Of a stretch of 64,000 bases of DNA, positions 24,445-37,000 are shown one piece after another. Within the stretch, counting starts at the first letter, position 1. Each line of letters starts with the position of its first letter. The position numbers and the translations under genes are program-made. Under the pieces are notes generated by a model. It saw only the letters and a program-made list of their open reading frames with translations, was not told where the DNA came from and ran no database searches. The stretch is taken from assembly GCA_004022145.1 (NCBI GenBank), contig RCNU01000003.1. One strand, 5' to 3'. This DNA comes from Paecilomyces variotii (Eukaryota).

Positions 24445-27024
24445 CGTGTATAGTTTTCGTTAGAGGTCAATCGTTTGCTGCAGGCACGAACGGTACCGAG
24501 TGGGAACTCTGGCGGCCCTTAGGAAAACGATCGAAATGCAGAGGACCGCTCATCCATTGTCGCACTGTAGACGTGAGATGCGGTGATGGAATGGTAGATC
24601 AGATGAGAGGTTTCAGCTTCTGAGAGTTGCGTCTCGAAACGAGGCTGGTAGGAAGGGATAAGTCAAATTGGTGGCTTGATGTATTTGTCGTTTGATGTTG
24701 TTCGTTACGAGCCGTCGAGAGGGATCTATTGCGGCGCAGGCCCGGTCACGCCATGTGAAAAAGCCAGCAGCAGCTCGTTGACAGAGCAGTGAATGCAGGC
24801 GGAGAAGGTCCAATTTGATGGATCGATTGACTGCGAGCAAGGACAGAAAGACGCTTTGAGGATCCAAAAGGTCAGCTCAGTCTTTTCGGCCTCGACTCCG
24901 CGCTTTACGTGTGTGCCGGTAGGTACTAGGGGGCCATTGACCGTCGGGATTGAATGTGGAGGCCGAGCGGGCTTCTTAGAAGTTAGCACAAGCCCGGCTA
25001 ACGACTACATACGCCAGAGCTGAGCCCTGATGGCCACCCCCGCCTGGCCTTTGACGGCAGATTGGATATCCAACGGGCGAAACAACGGCCAAGGCTCCCT
25101 TACTCGTCAGATGCGCTGCTGCTGTGTTCCAGAGCTCCTCCACAGCGACCTGCGCCATGAGGAGCCATCATCACCCATCTTGCGATCGCCAGTGGACCGG
25201 ACTGAGACCCTGCACTCGGATCTTGCGGTAGATCATTGTTTGGCCTCAACTGACTGGAGCATCATCTCTAACTACTTGAGGAAGGCCAATAACTAATACT
25301 TGATTGCAGCAAAGGTTGAGAGCCGCCATTTGCTCGCCTCCTGCTATCAGCTCCCATCCTATCTCTGGACCTGGACGAAACATGCGATGCACTGAGCCGC
25401 CGTGGCGCCATATGCGCTGAATAACCGAACCCTTTTCTTTCTCAGTCGATCTGGTGCCTGGGACTTCAGACGATCCCTGTTCAAGGCTTACGCTGTTCAA
25501 TGGCATAGTTACTGTTACGGCGACATCTATGTTCCCAATGCGGTCTCTCCCTGCACTAACTAGACGCTGTCTGAGCTCCATCGACCTCCGTCCTCCTCCC
25601 AGTCGGCGGTGACGAGTCACTAACGGTTTTACTCGGCTCAACGAGTCACGAGGGATGAAGCGCATGCATGAGCATGGTTCTTCTCTTCAAAAAAACAAAA
25701 GGAAAAAAAAAAATAAATAAAAAAAAATAAAATCAAAAATTAAGAAAGGCCGCCTCCTGGCGGGGTGGTTGCATATGCAGCATCGTTTTCTGTTCATGCT
25801 TGGTTGGCAGCTGCAGCATGCCACTGATTATCTCTCCTACGTACCCTGGCCGATCACGGTTTCATCACCCAGACTCATCCTTGGTCGTCCATTCGGTCAC
25901 AATTCCATCTCTAACCAGGCTGTGTCGTATTGGCTTCGTCGTGATAAAGAAGCTGAGGTGAAGTGTCTAAACGAATCCGAGCTCACAGCCTCTGCAAGGA
26001 CAATGCTTCTTTATGGACACCACCCAACAGATACTACCTCAGAGCACAAAAGAATACGACTGGCCGCATTTCGTCATAGTATACGATGTGAATGCTACAG
26101 CCTACAGGAGCCCTCAAATGTTGTGGCGACACATCCCTGTAGGAATTTACATATGCTCCTCGGCTCAAGTCGGCCCCGTCACTGCCCATTTTTGGCGATC
26201 TTTGTTTCCCCGTTAAAAGCAAGGCAACATGCATGGGCCAGCGAACCAGTCGAAGTCTGCTCACTACAGTATTCGGTATTTTACCCGACTTCGGAAAATG
26301 CTAAATGCAAGCTGCAGGCGCTAGCAGCTTGACAGCTAGGGTTCTGCTGCAGGAACTATGAGTCTGCTCATTTAGTGGTCAAAGTGCATAACCTGATGTT
26401 CTGACAGTTCTCATCTTAAGCTATCTTTGACAGGCAGGACGAGCTCTTCACAAACTCGTACCAGGAAGACTGCAAGCTAGCAGTGGTTTGGGCACTTTAC
26501 GAACCCAGACAAGGTCTTCTTCTCCAGAAGTCGGATTCTGACCCCACTCATAGACCCTGCACAGCACTGACATACTGCAGATAGCTGGATCAGCGATGTG
26601 TTTAAAGCACACTGAATGCGTATGCTCCATACTCTATGTATATGTCAACTCAGCTCGGAGCCCCGCGCGCGTAAGTCTGAGTGTTGACACGCTTTTATAT
26701 CGTCGATTCTGTAAGTTTACCCAAAAGGCTAGCGGAGCAATGGGACGAGAGCGTCTCGGAAGGGTCACTTCGTAGTGTCTCTTCCAATTCCGGGGTGGTC
26801 GGAGACCCTGCACAGCTGGGGAAGCTGAGCTGATGTTCCTCGGGCCTTATATAATGGTGTCAAGACCAGACCCCGTTCGCCGCAAATGAGCCACATAGAA
26901 GATAGCGGACCAGGCCCCAGTCTATGTAACCTAGCCTTATCTGCCAGGAACTATAGTCATGGACCGCAGTGATATGCCGTCGAGCGTCACACTGGATATC
27001 CATAATTTCCCATAATAATATGGC

Positions 27025-27680
27025 CTAACTCTGACTGGAGTTTCCGCCGTTGACCAGGGCGACAAATTTCATAAACCCTTCTGCATCTGGGCCAGTGCTC
27101 GATCCTTCCTCGCAACTATCCCTCCACTTCCTCACCTTTCCCAATCCACGATTGAACCCCTTCTGAGCAGTCCAAGGCCCTCTGCTTCCACCTCGTCCCC
27201 TGCCATGAGCGCCGCGGCCCCTCCCGAACCCGCGGCCACGAACAGGAGGTCGTGCTTCGACCCATTCATCCTCCAACGTCACCTTGTATATATCTCGTAG
27301 CCGGCTGCGCAGTTGAGGGTATCTAGAAAACAGCTCCTGTAGCTCTTTCGAGGAAGACAATGCCTCGGGGGTCGGGAGGACGGTAGTATCCTGCGTTGCC
27401 TGTTCCGGTCCATGTCCATTTGTTGCAGCCTGCGCAGCTCCGGTATCCGTCACGGTAGGAGGCTGTTTCTGCGTCGAGGCTTCAGGGGACTTTGGCGTAC
27501 AATAGACCTTATGCGACTGAGTACAAGCTAGAGAGCAGCTGTACTGAAATGTAAGTTCAAGGCACGCTTCCATAGTTTGTTACATGAGTGGCAAGGCAGG
27601 TAAACTGACCTCATAATCCCACAGGCGGGACATCGATACTTTGATGGCTCTGTAGAGCATACTTCGCAAGTCCCAGCCAT
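27025..27680 (-). CDS. HIT-type zinc finger protein (Hit1/ZNHIT3-like); 2 exons
   Basis: ATG 27680; intron 27539-27609. Spliced N-terminus [30 protein letters not shown] is zf-HIT. It also has an RGG-rich patch and a C-terminal helical domain. Confidence 0.85.
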
Positions 27681-28725
27681 TTTGCTATATGTCCGTTATC
27701 TCTATACGAGATCCACCGGTCTGGGTAATTCGATCAGTTAGAACATGATAGAATGGACTGAAAAACGGCGAAGTAGCTAATCCGTTCAGTTCGTCCTGTG
27801 AGAATACAGCCTCAAACTTTCACCGTTAAAGCTCAATGATAATAATGTCTTCTCTCTGACCCAAGAAGTTATCAAGACAAAATGCTCGAGAATTTCCCCG
27901 CAAGCAAAAGGCGTCAGGAAAAAGCTTCCCAGCTCCGCGTCTAACTTCCATTGTGGCCCGTGCGGCTTACCGCTTTAATGTTACCAGACTTCACTCCCAA
28001 AAGCAATAAATGATAATGGAGCCGCCCAGACCAAATGGAAAAGCTGCTATCTACACTACCATAACCCATCTGAGTTACAACACAGCTGATTTGTTCGGCC
28101 TCACTTAACCTATACTGTCTGTCATTCGCGTCAGCGCCGGCGACAAACCCCCGAATCGGCTACTTTCCAACGGCCTATGGTATTCCCTCCCCCTCCATCT
28201 TAACTCTATAGAACATGTAATAACTAACAAACTCTTTCGGCCGATTCTGAAGCCGAAATGGTCAAAATAACCTTTTCTCTAAAATCAAATCACCGAGTTT
28301 CAGTTTCAGTCTAAAGTCTCGATAAGTACGTCAACCGCAAATACGGAGTACTCATCCCGTCGTCCCGATCATTACCAGACAAAGATAGACCCATTTTCCC
28401 CTTCCCCGTCCCTTTTACGCAATAGCACAGCTAGTATTAATCCTCCCCATTCTAAAGTGAGAGGGTGGTTAACTGAAGTGAAACTAAAACCACCCATGCA
28501 TATAATTAAAGTTCGAAAACGTGTCAGAGAGAACAGCTTATCCAAAGATGGAATGAATGACCAAGTCAACTCCATAACTACTACTACTAGTCTAATACCA
28601 ACTAGTAGCATCTACTGTGTACGTCCGTAGGAAGTTGTGTTTTCCCGAATCAGGACGCTATGCTCGGCGACATCAGACAGGCGGAACTGTTAAGATCTCC
28701 ACAATTGTTTGAGAAGTAGCATGGG

Positions 28726-28779
28726 AATAATAATAATAATAATAATAACAATAATAGTATTAATATTAATAATAAAAAA
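28726..28779. repeat. (AAT)n microsatellite within an AT-rich tract
   Basis: aataataataataataataataacaataatagtattaatattaataataaaaaa. Confidence 0.9.
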
Positions 28780-29287
28780 CGTTAAGATTGTTTTCGAATG
28801 AGCTGATCGCTAGGCAATTATAATCCTAATAATAACACTGAAATTAAACCATGGTCGGCGATTAGGTTCCTCCGCTCTCGGAAAGATTCTATTTTAGCGG
28901 AAAGACGTTGAAACGTTGTAACTAACTATGTATGGGGAATATATGCGATCGTCTCCATGCTGCAGTAGTTGCTTCGAAGAGTCTGCGGGTGGATGGACCA
29001 GCTGTTACCTGCAGGAACGGAATAGGAGCTCTTTCTGCTACTTTCGCATCCTGCAGGCAGGTCATGTCATCTGAGCTCGTTAGTGTATGTATACCGCACT
29101 GTCAGAGCGGTAGATAACCCGATTGAAACAGCCGATTTGCTTTGTGGCCTTAACTTTGTGGCCTTTAATGGTTTCTATCTTCGCCAGCTGCGTAAACTTG
29201 CTGCTTTAATCTGCCTATGTGAATGAAGTGCGGAGAGGTCGGAGCCATGAGCCTCACACCTCGCTGTAGTTATTTCAATTATAACTA

Positions 29288-29882
29288 TTAGTGGTCTTGG
29301 TATATGTGGTTAATGTCTCCGAAACCCGACTCAAAGAATCCTAGACACAGAAAGTTCACTAAGAGTATGGTATCAACTGCTGAAGGATATAAGTGGGGTG
29401 TTGGCCCGAGTTCGTTGAGATTTATCATGTCTTGGTATATGCAAGTATTATCTATGCGAGTTAGTTTTTCCTTTCCAAAATGTGGCTTTTCATATTTACT
29501 TGCAATATTGTACAGCCTGAATTATATCACAGGCCTCGGATCTCATTTCAATATGAGAAATTATCACATCCTCAGTCCTGGGTGACAGCGTTGGCCTGGT
29601 CCTGGTCGTTAATTCATGGTGATCGTTCTCTAGTTTATGAGATGCGGTCCCTTTAGCCCTCCGATTCCGAGATGTTACTCTTCCTGGCGCGAGGAACGTC
29701 AAGGGCTTCACATTATCATATCCAAGACATACGAGCCCACGAATAGAACATCTGTTGCATACAGGACGTGTCGAGTCGCAGACTAGGCGGCGGCGGAGAC
29801 ATTCCCAGCAATGGCGTTTTCGATCTTTCTCGATCTGCGATGTTTCCTTTTCCTTGGACGACTCTGCGCCCAGGTATGTCAT
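29288..29882 (-). pseudogene. Truncated Zn(II)2Cys6 transcription factor
   Basis: ATG 29882. Intact binuclear cluster CWECLRRRLVCDSTRPVCNRCSIRGLVC. A GC-AG intron (29503-29452) leads into YNTCIY..., then a stop at 29288. The product is only ~180 aa and lacks the usual C-terminal regulatory domain. Confidence 0.7.
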
Positions 29883-30634
29883 GTTTGCAACATGGAGATG
29901 TCCGAATAGAGACCTTGGCAATCTAAGATAATTAGGATGCCTGAAGCAATTGTTTCGAGGCCTAACCAGCACATTTACAACGATCGGAGATCGGCGTGAC
30001 GGAGTTCTTGGCCTTTTTTTCTCCTATTTTGGTTAAGGTTCAGTGGAGAAGTATACCCAGGCCTTTGTTCGCATTGGTCGATTGTAATTCAGCCCTAGAT
30101 ATACCATAACCTCTACCAGAGAGATACCCTATAACATGTAAAAAGTTCCCTGACCAGCAAAAGCTCTGAACTTCAGGATTTATGGTTTTATCTTGAGATG
30201 TGCCTTCTGAAAAACAAATTAATGGATAGATTGTAGAATCCTTATGCGGCCTTTCCAATGATACCGCTTTTGGGTTAAAATGACCTTTTTATGTTATCGT
30301 GCATGTCTAATCCTTTGTCGAAGTGTACAAGGTGGAGTATATATCCCTCCATTTTCCCTTTTGAGCATTGGTCTGAGCCTCAATCAAGAACGGACATATT
30401 CTTGACCGGGACCTGTGTTAGGCATCAGGATACGTTATAAGACAGGAGGGGAAGGAGAGATAGCATGTAGACACTACAGAAGCAAAATCTTTTCATTCAA
30501 ACAATGTCTGTGTCCTGACAACATTATTTCCAATTTGGCTATTTGAATTTATCCTTCGCCCTGCTTCGGCTCTGTTCCTTTGTGATATCCCAAGAGTCCT
30601 ACTCTTTTCCTCCGGCTGCTTCGAGTTTGTCTCA

Positions 30635-31802
30635 ATGGAGGACGGAAAACCTGGTTAGATTCTCGAAACTCTTACTTGTAATCCATCATCTTGACACATA
30701 GCAGTCGATGGAAGTCTCTACGTCTACGCCCCTAACAAGGGGGCACCTATCTTCTTCGCTTTCGCATTTACTGTTTCGGCGTTCTACCATCTCTGGCAGT
30801 GCTAGTAAGTAGATCGTTCTCCTTCCCACAACGGAACCAGATATCCTGATAAAATTTATTACTAGCCGCTTCAAATGCTTCAAGCTAACGGGCCTGCATC
30901 CGCTCTGTGCAGCGATGTTTGCTGCTGGTTTTGCTCTGCGGGAATACGGAGCCTTTCACTATTTATACACTACTCGTAACTTGATCATGTACATTGTCAG
31001 CCTGATCTTGATATACGTGAATCCGTGAGCTACATCCAATAGACGCAGAGAACTTTGGAATACCAACTGATCTGGCTCTTTACTATATAGCCCGCTTCTT
31101 GAACTCGCGAATTACCATGTCCTCGGTCGAACACTGCACTACGTCCCATACTTCTCGCCCCTTGATCCAGGTCGAGTCCTGACCATTTTCGGTACTCTGT
31201 CTGCAGTCGTTGAAGGCTTGAACGGAACAGGTGTATCCTTGCTCTCCAATAAGGGTGCAACGCAGAGCAATCAAAATATCGGACGCGCCTTGACAATGGT
31301 TGCCCTCGCAATGCAGCTCGTCGTTATCGCCATCTTTTCCGTCCTCGCAGGGATTTTTCATTGGAGATGTATAAGAGCCAATCTTCACGCCAAGATCACG
31401 CCTTCTCTGATTACACTGTACATGAGTACGTCGTTGATCTTCATACGTTGTATTTACCGCGTGGTAGAAGAATCCGGTAGCACGACGCCAAAAGGAGACG
31501 ATCTGATGACTCTGAGTCCCATCTTGCGGTATGAGTGGTTCTTCTATGTCTTCGAGGCGACGGTCATGCTCCTCAACTCTGTCTTGTGGAATATACGACA
31601 TCCAAGGCACTATTTGCCCGAGAACTCCCTCGTCTACTTGGCACGAGATGGCACGACCGAGCTCGTAGGGAGATCGTGGACAGATAACCGGCCATGGATA
31701 ATTGCTCATTTTGATCCTTTTGGTATTTTTGTACGGAAGGAGAAAGAGAAGCGGCCGTTTTGGGAACTCCATGAATATTCTGGTATCAATCGTGAGGATT
31801 GA
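30635..31802 (+). CDS. RTA1-like 7-TM lipid-translocating exporter family protein; 4 exons
   Basis: Exons 30635-30653, 30705-30804, 30866-31024 and 31091-31802. Motifs LYVYAPNK.A.IFFA, PPLLELANYHVLGR, LIFIRCIYRVVE, YEWFFYVFEA..ML.N...NI.HP..YLP. Confidence 0.9.
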
Positions 31803-32665
31803 TGTACTGATTTCAGCCATGACTGCCTGCAAATTCTCTGTCAGTTACCTGGGGTGCATAGGGTGTAAAGAATACCAGGTGCCATGGTCTAAAGATCTAG
31901 GATTGTATTTCCTTTTCTTTCTTCTTCTTTCCCCCAAATTCAGTGTGCTTCAAGACTGCTGGTCTTATTTAGGAATCATCAAAACCAGCAACTGATCACG
32001 TAATTTTTCCTTGATATCGATTGTATCAGAGTAAGGGAATTGGGCTTTCAGGACTCGTAGCTAATCGCAAAAGCGCCAACATGTGACGTGATGCGAGTAG
32101 CAATAGTATCACCACTAAGGGCACAAACTCGCATCAGAAGAGATCCTAGCACTCAAGTTTGAAACGAGAAATTCTCCGTAGCGTAGCGTAGATCCAAAAT
32201 GCATGTACCTGCGGGAACCTTTTACCATAGAAAGCTATGGGCGGTATGGAATTTGAAACGAGTATCAGTATCATGTCTCTCTAAGGTAGTAGTAAACTGT
32301 AATCTGTCTAGCTCCAGCACAGCTCCAGTTTTAGGTACCAAGTCCATGATCCCTGACTAGCGTTCGCACATGGGCGTTAATCTTACCCTTCTTCCAAGAG
32401 GCTAATGAGACCATATGGTTCTTACTATGGAACCGAGCTCGTGGAGGGATTGGTTCCGTGGATTTCCGGGGACCAGGTGAGTGATTACTTAGTAGTGGAC
32501 ATCGTTGCGTTCTCTTTCTAGATATTTTCATCAGTGCCTGAGGATTCTGGGTGACTCGAGGTGCAATTCTAGGTAATATGCCTCGAGACTATAATAATAA
32601 TAGACCCAGAGCGTTCTGATTCACTCCGTCAAGCGATTACTTTTTGCTTGCCAACTAGAGTATGT

Positions 32666-32721
32666 ATTGCCTTCACTGTGATTGGCCAGAGTAGATCATT
32701 CACGTGATCTTCATTACGTCA
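32666..32721. promoter_or_regulatory. nfu1 promoter: CBC:HapX bipartite motif plus an E-box and a CRE-like site
   Basis: Minus strand 32685-32666 reads CCAAT-cacagtgaaggc-AAT, an exact CSAAT-N12-RWT. CACGTG at 32701; TTACGTCA near 32714. Confidence 0.55.
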
Positions 32722-32893
32722 AGTTCCCTTAAGATGGGGCGAATTCCCTTTCGGGTCGCTTTTGTAATCAAAAAAGCCAAATGACGAACAACTCCGAGGA
32801 GTAATTTAGAAAGTAACCATCTATTCTACAATATCGACCCCAGACAAATTATCGAAGCTCAGAGTTGATACGAGTCGGAAACCTATACATATC

Positions 32894-34019
32894 ATGTCAA
32901 TGCAGACAACGTCGAGACACGTCCTTAGACGGACGCTTTTCAGTTGCTCCAGACCGGTTGTCAGGGCCGCGGCCGAACCCGCGCCTTGGGATATTGCTAC
33001 GCCGACAGTTGCGTTGAGGGCATCGAGGGGAGTACACTATGCGACCCGCCTGCCGACTTTCACAGCATCAGAGACCCGGCGGAGACCGAACCTGCGGCGG
33101 CATCATCAGCCGGTTGCGCCGTCGCCCGTGAGAACCATATTCATTCAGACTGAGACGACGCCGAACCCTGATGTAAGTTGGAATGAATTCTTTTCCAGTC
33201 CATAATCTCCCGCAATTCGGGACTACGTGCTGACTAGGTTGGTTTTTTGAATAGGCCCTCAAATTCCTCCCTAATCACCCGGTCCTGCCAGAGAACTTCC
33301 CTACGCCATTCCTCGAGTACCTTTCTCCGCGATCGACTGTTGCTCCTCCCCACCCGTCGCCTCTAGCGGCAAAACTCCTCAATGTGGACGGTGTCTCGTC
33401 CGTCTTCTACGGTCCCGACTTCATCACCGTCACGAAGCAGAGCGATGCCAACTGGGCGCACATCAAGCCGGAGGTGTTCAGCCTCATCACCGAAGCAGTA
33501 ACGTCCGGCGAGAGCATCGTGAACACGACAGAGAAGACCGCCGAACACGCCCAGGAGGGAGGAGGTGAAGACTCGCTGGCCTACAATGAGGACGACGACG
33601 AAGTAGTCGGCATGATCAAGGAGCTCCTTGAGACCAGAATCCGACCGGCCATCCAGGAAGACGGAGGAGATATCGAGTTCCGCGGTTTCCACGACGGACT
33701 CGTTCTGCTGAAGTTGCGGGGTGCTTGTCGAACTTGCGACTCCAGCACCGTCACCTTGAAGAACGGCATTGAATCGATGCTGATGCACTACGTAAGTTCA
33801 ATCGCGACTTTGATAATGACGTGCAAGGAAAAGCGTGTGATATATGCTAACTATCAACAGATCGAAGAGGTCAAAGGAGTGGAGCAGGTCCTGGACCCTG
33901 AAGAAGAGATCTCTATGCACGAGTTCGCCAAGTTCGAAGAGAAGCTCCGACAGCAGAAGGGCGAACAGGCGACCGCTGGAACAATCGGAAAGGGAAGCTT
34001 GGATACCGTAGAGGCATAG
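32894..34019 (+). CDS. nfu1: Mitochondrial Fe-S cluster carrier Nfu1 (NifU-like); 3 exons
   Basis: Exons 32894-33172, 33255-33791 and 33861-34019. Arg-rich presequence, IFIQTETTPNPDALKFLP, and NifU-C motif IRPAIQEDGGDIEF...LKLRGACRTCDSSTVTLKNGIE. Confidence 0.95.
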
Positions 34020-37000
34020 AAGACATGTTGTCCCATAACTGTCTCCGTATATGATCACATGAAGGCCTAGCTAGGGCTGAATCGCCTGGTGCAGTCTTAG
34101 TTGTTCAGCCGTTTTCCACGTGGGATACCAGATTGATCTCTTTATCCATTCTTGTATAACATGCAGAACTTTCTTTTCCGTTGAATTCCCAATGTGCAAT
34201 ACCTAGAAGACGCCTTGCATGCACAGTTCTCGTCCTTTTCATTCATTGTCTGAACCTATTATAAGATTAATGACTAGAAATTAGACCAATATAAACGATC
34301 AAAAATGCAATAAACCGGCAATTACTCCCTCGCCTATCAACCACAAGTCTCGTATACACAAACCTTCAAGTCTTGGGGACCAGATGACACTAAAAACACA
34401 CATGGTCACGAGATGAGGGGTTTAGGTTAGTTCGCTTACTCTTGAGTTAGGTAGTAGAACAAAGGAAGCGGTCGATCATGATTGACGGGAAGGACAGCAA
34501 TGAACTCATTTCTCAAGCATAGCCACTTTGCTTTTTTCATTTTCATTTTTACTTTTTTTATGGCTTTAGGGTCGGGCCCACCGCTTGTGGTTCAGAAAAA
34601 TCTGGGGTAATGCATGATCGACCTTTCGCGCGAAGATGGTTACTGGAACAAGACTAAGGCGTTATCGGCCTCGTGTTTTTGAGTACGCATGCTTTGCCGG
34701 GATTCCGAAAGTCAATTTAGGTCCTTTTCTACGTTATTGTGCGGATGTGAAATGGGCGACGTGTGAACCGTTATGGATGGGTAGTGCATGCTGTTGGGAA
34801 TTTACAGGGTTTGTAGGAAGTTGGATGGAGAGTGACTTGAAATCTAGCAGGAAGGTATCTATCTACACCTGGGGCTTTCGTACTTATGGAGAGTGACAGG
34901 TAGCTGTTTCGATGCAAAGCTGGAGCAAGGACGGGTGGTGCTGAGGGTTGATATTGTTGTACCATAATGGTAATGCTCCACAGCGATACTGTGGCCAATT
35001 TCTAAGAAATTGATAATACAATCAGTTGATCCAGGGCATGATCGTGCAAAGGGACCTACCATAGGTCGTAGCCATCTGTTGCCAGTGTTCATTACAGGCC
35101 TTGAGCGCTTTAGGATGAGATGAGGAGAGTGACCAACCAGAATCTGCTTGCGAGTCGTTGACGCCACAGAATGACTACCATACGTTCCCCACATTGCGTA
35201 TCGAACGGCCGGGATCAAGATCACTTGCTGCTGTAATACAGGACAAGAAAGAAGAAAGGAGAGGTGTGTGCGATGCGATGCTGGTGTTAAAAACCGGGAT
35301 TTCTAATATCGCGAAGATGATACCTAATCATGTAAAATCTGGATCTGCCCGTATGAGAAAGACAGTGCCAGTGGCGATCCCAGTCGCAGGTTCTCGCCTA
35401 GAAACGTTCAGTTGGACCCGAGAAAAAGGGCCGAGACAATTGGATGTCAAGTAGTATTGTCATGTATGATCTTAGATCTATCTATGGGAGAACCGTTGAT
35501 AGCCTTGGTGGCTTGAAACCGTTTGATTTCATCTCCATGGTCGAGTAGTTAGCCAGTCAAGCATCGTCTGACTAGATATCTAGAGTAGAATCGGCTCGTG
35601 CTTCGAACGGCTCTAGACAGAGCCCGCGTCGGTTTCCGTCGTGGTGGCGGGCGGGGTCCGTTGGTCTCTGGATGCCACCATCTCAATCGTCGGTTTCCGT
35701 ATTGATTCTGATTCCCTCACAGGGTCACAAGGCCGCTGTTGTCCGTCTGCATGCGTCAGGGCGGATCGCAGCTTTCGGCCTGGGCTTCTGGTCTCTTGGC
35801 TCGACTGATGAATGACCTGGTCGCCGCGAGCGGTGGTGATGCTGTGATGTGAACCGTGGAAGTTGCCCCGGATCTTACGGAGCGGACGTTGAAGCTCCGG
35901 AGTCTAGTCTATCTAGCAGCATGAGCTCGTGCAGCTTGCTCTGAACCGGCCCATGCAGCCAGCTTTTGAATGTCGATCCATCCAGTCGCGAATGGGAAGG
36001 ATGGCGCATTATGACTGTGAAGAAGAGGGGTCGGGACTCGTGAAGGCCCCTCCTGAAGCTCTCCCCGCAAGGCTGACGGGTGATCCTATCCGGATTTCGA
36101 AGCTCACCCCTTGCGCTTTGAAGTATTATGGTACTGCTAAGTGCCGGACGAGGCCCCTCCACATGGTGTTCCATGATGCTGCTTATACATATCTGCCAGA
36201 CCATAACTAACTACCAGCTTGGCTATGCGGCAAGTTTTGCTTGATGTTTGCAGCGACATTATGTACCGGATCTCCGTATGAAAGAGGGCGACACCGTTGC
36301 ATAAGGGAAGGAAGAAAGAAAAGACTAAAAAATAAATAAAGAACTAGAGAAAAAAAAAGAGTACCTGCCGTGACTATGTGTATTCCGGGTCTGTAACAAT
36401 GCTTCCCTGGCAGTTAATCCATCATTACCTCGTGCTTCTTATGGATAATCAGGGACCACAGCAAAGACCCCCACTGAGTGTCCATGCCAGATTTCCATGT
36501 CCGTCCTAATGGAATCTGATGGCCCCGTCGAGACGGGAAGTGAATGAAACGATATGACGTGCCGAGCCAGGACTTCGTAACGGATGCATGTTTGGATTCC
36601 CTGCTGGTCGAGGGCGACATCGAGTTGAGGAGTAAGTAGTAAGTAACTACGGAGTAACTGGTAGTAAGTAGGACTCTCTAGATAGTCGTAATATGCAGCA
36701 GCGCCCATTGGGACCACCCCCGCAAAAGAGCACAAGCTCTGGTGTGGTGCAATGGCCGGGTTAGCGTCCTAGCCATCGCGAGGATCGCACACAGCGGTTG
36801 GTGGGACGCGAGAGGAGGCCGCGATGGGAAGCATCATCCTCTCCGCATTTTGAGCCAGTTCGGTAAGGGCTCGCTGGGTCCCTGGAGAAAACGCATCTCT
36901 CGCTGGCCGACCATCGCAGCAACAGTATCCATCAACCCAGTCCGAGCCCCCGGCCGGCCAGTCATTATTATCATTGTCGCCTTCCGTCTCCGTCTCCATC

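Noticed and set aside
28010..28270. Two in-frame open segments separated by one TAA, as a possible pseudogene
   Set aside because: No family similarity recognisable and too short to support.
31083..31832. 249-aa minus-strand ORF
   Set aside because: Antisense shadow of the RTA1 last exon.
34417..34575. GGGGTTTAGGTTAG and TTTAGGG as a telomerase RNA template or interstitial telomere
   Set aside because: No 1.5-repeat template, no tandem array, and no recognisable pseudoknot or CR4/5 element.
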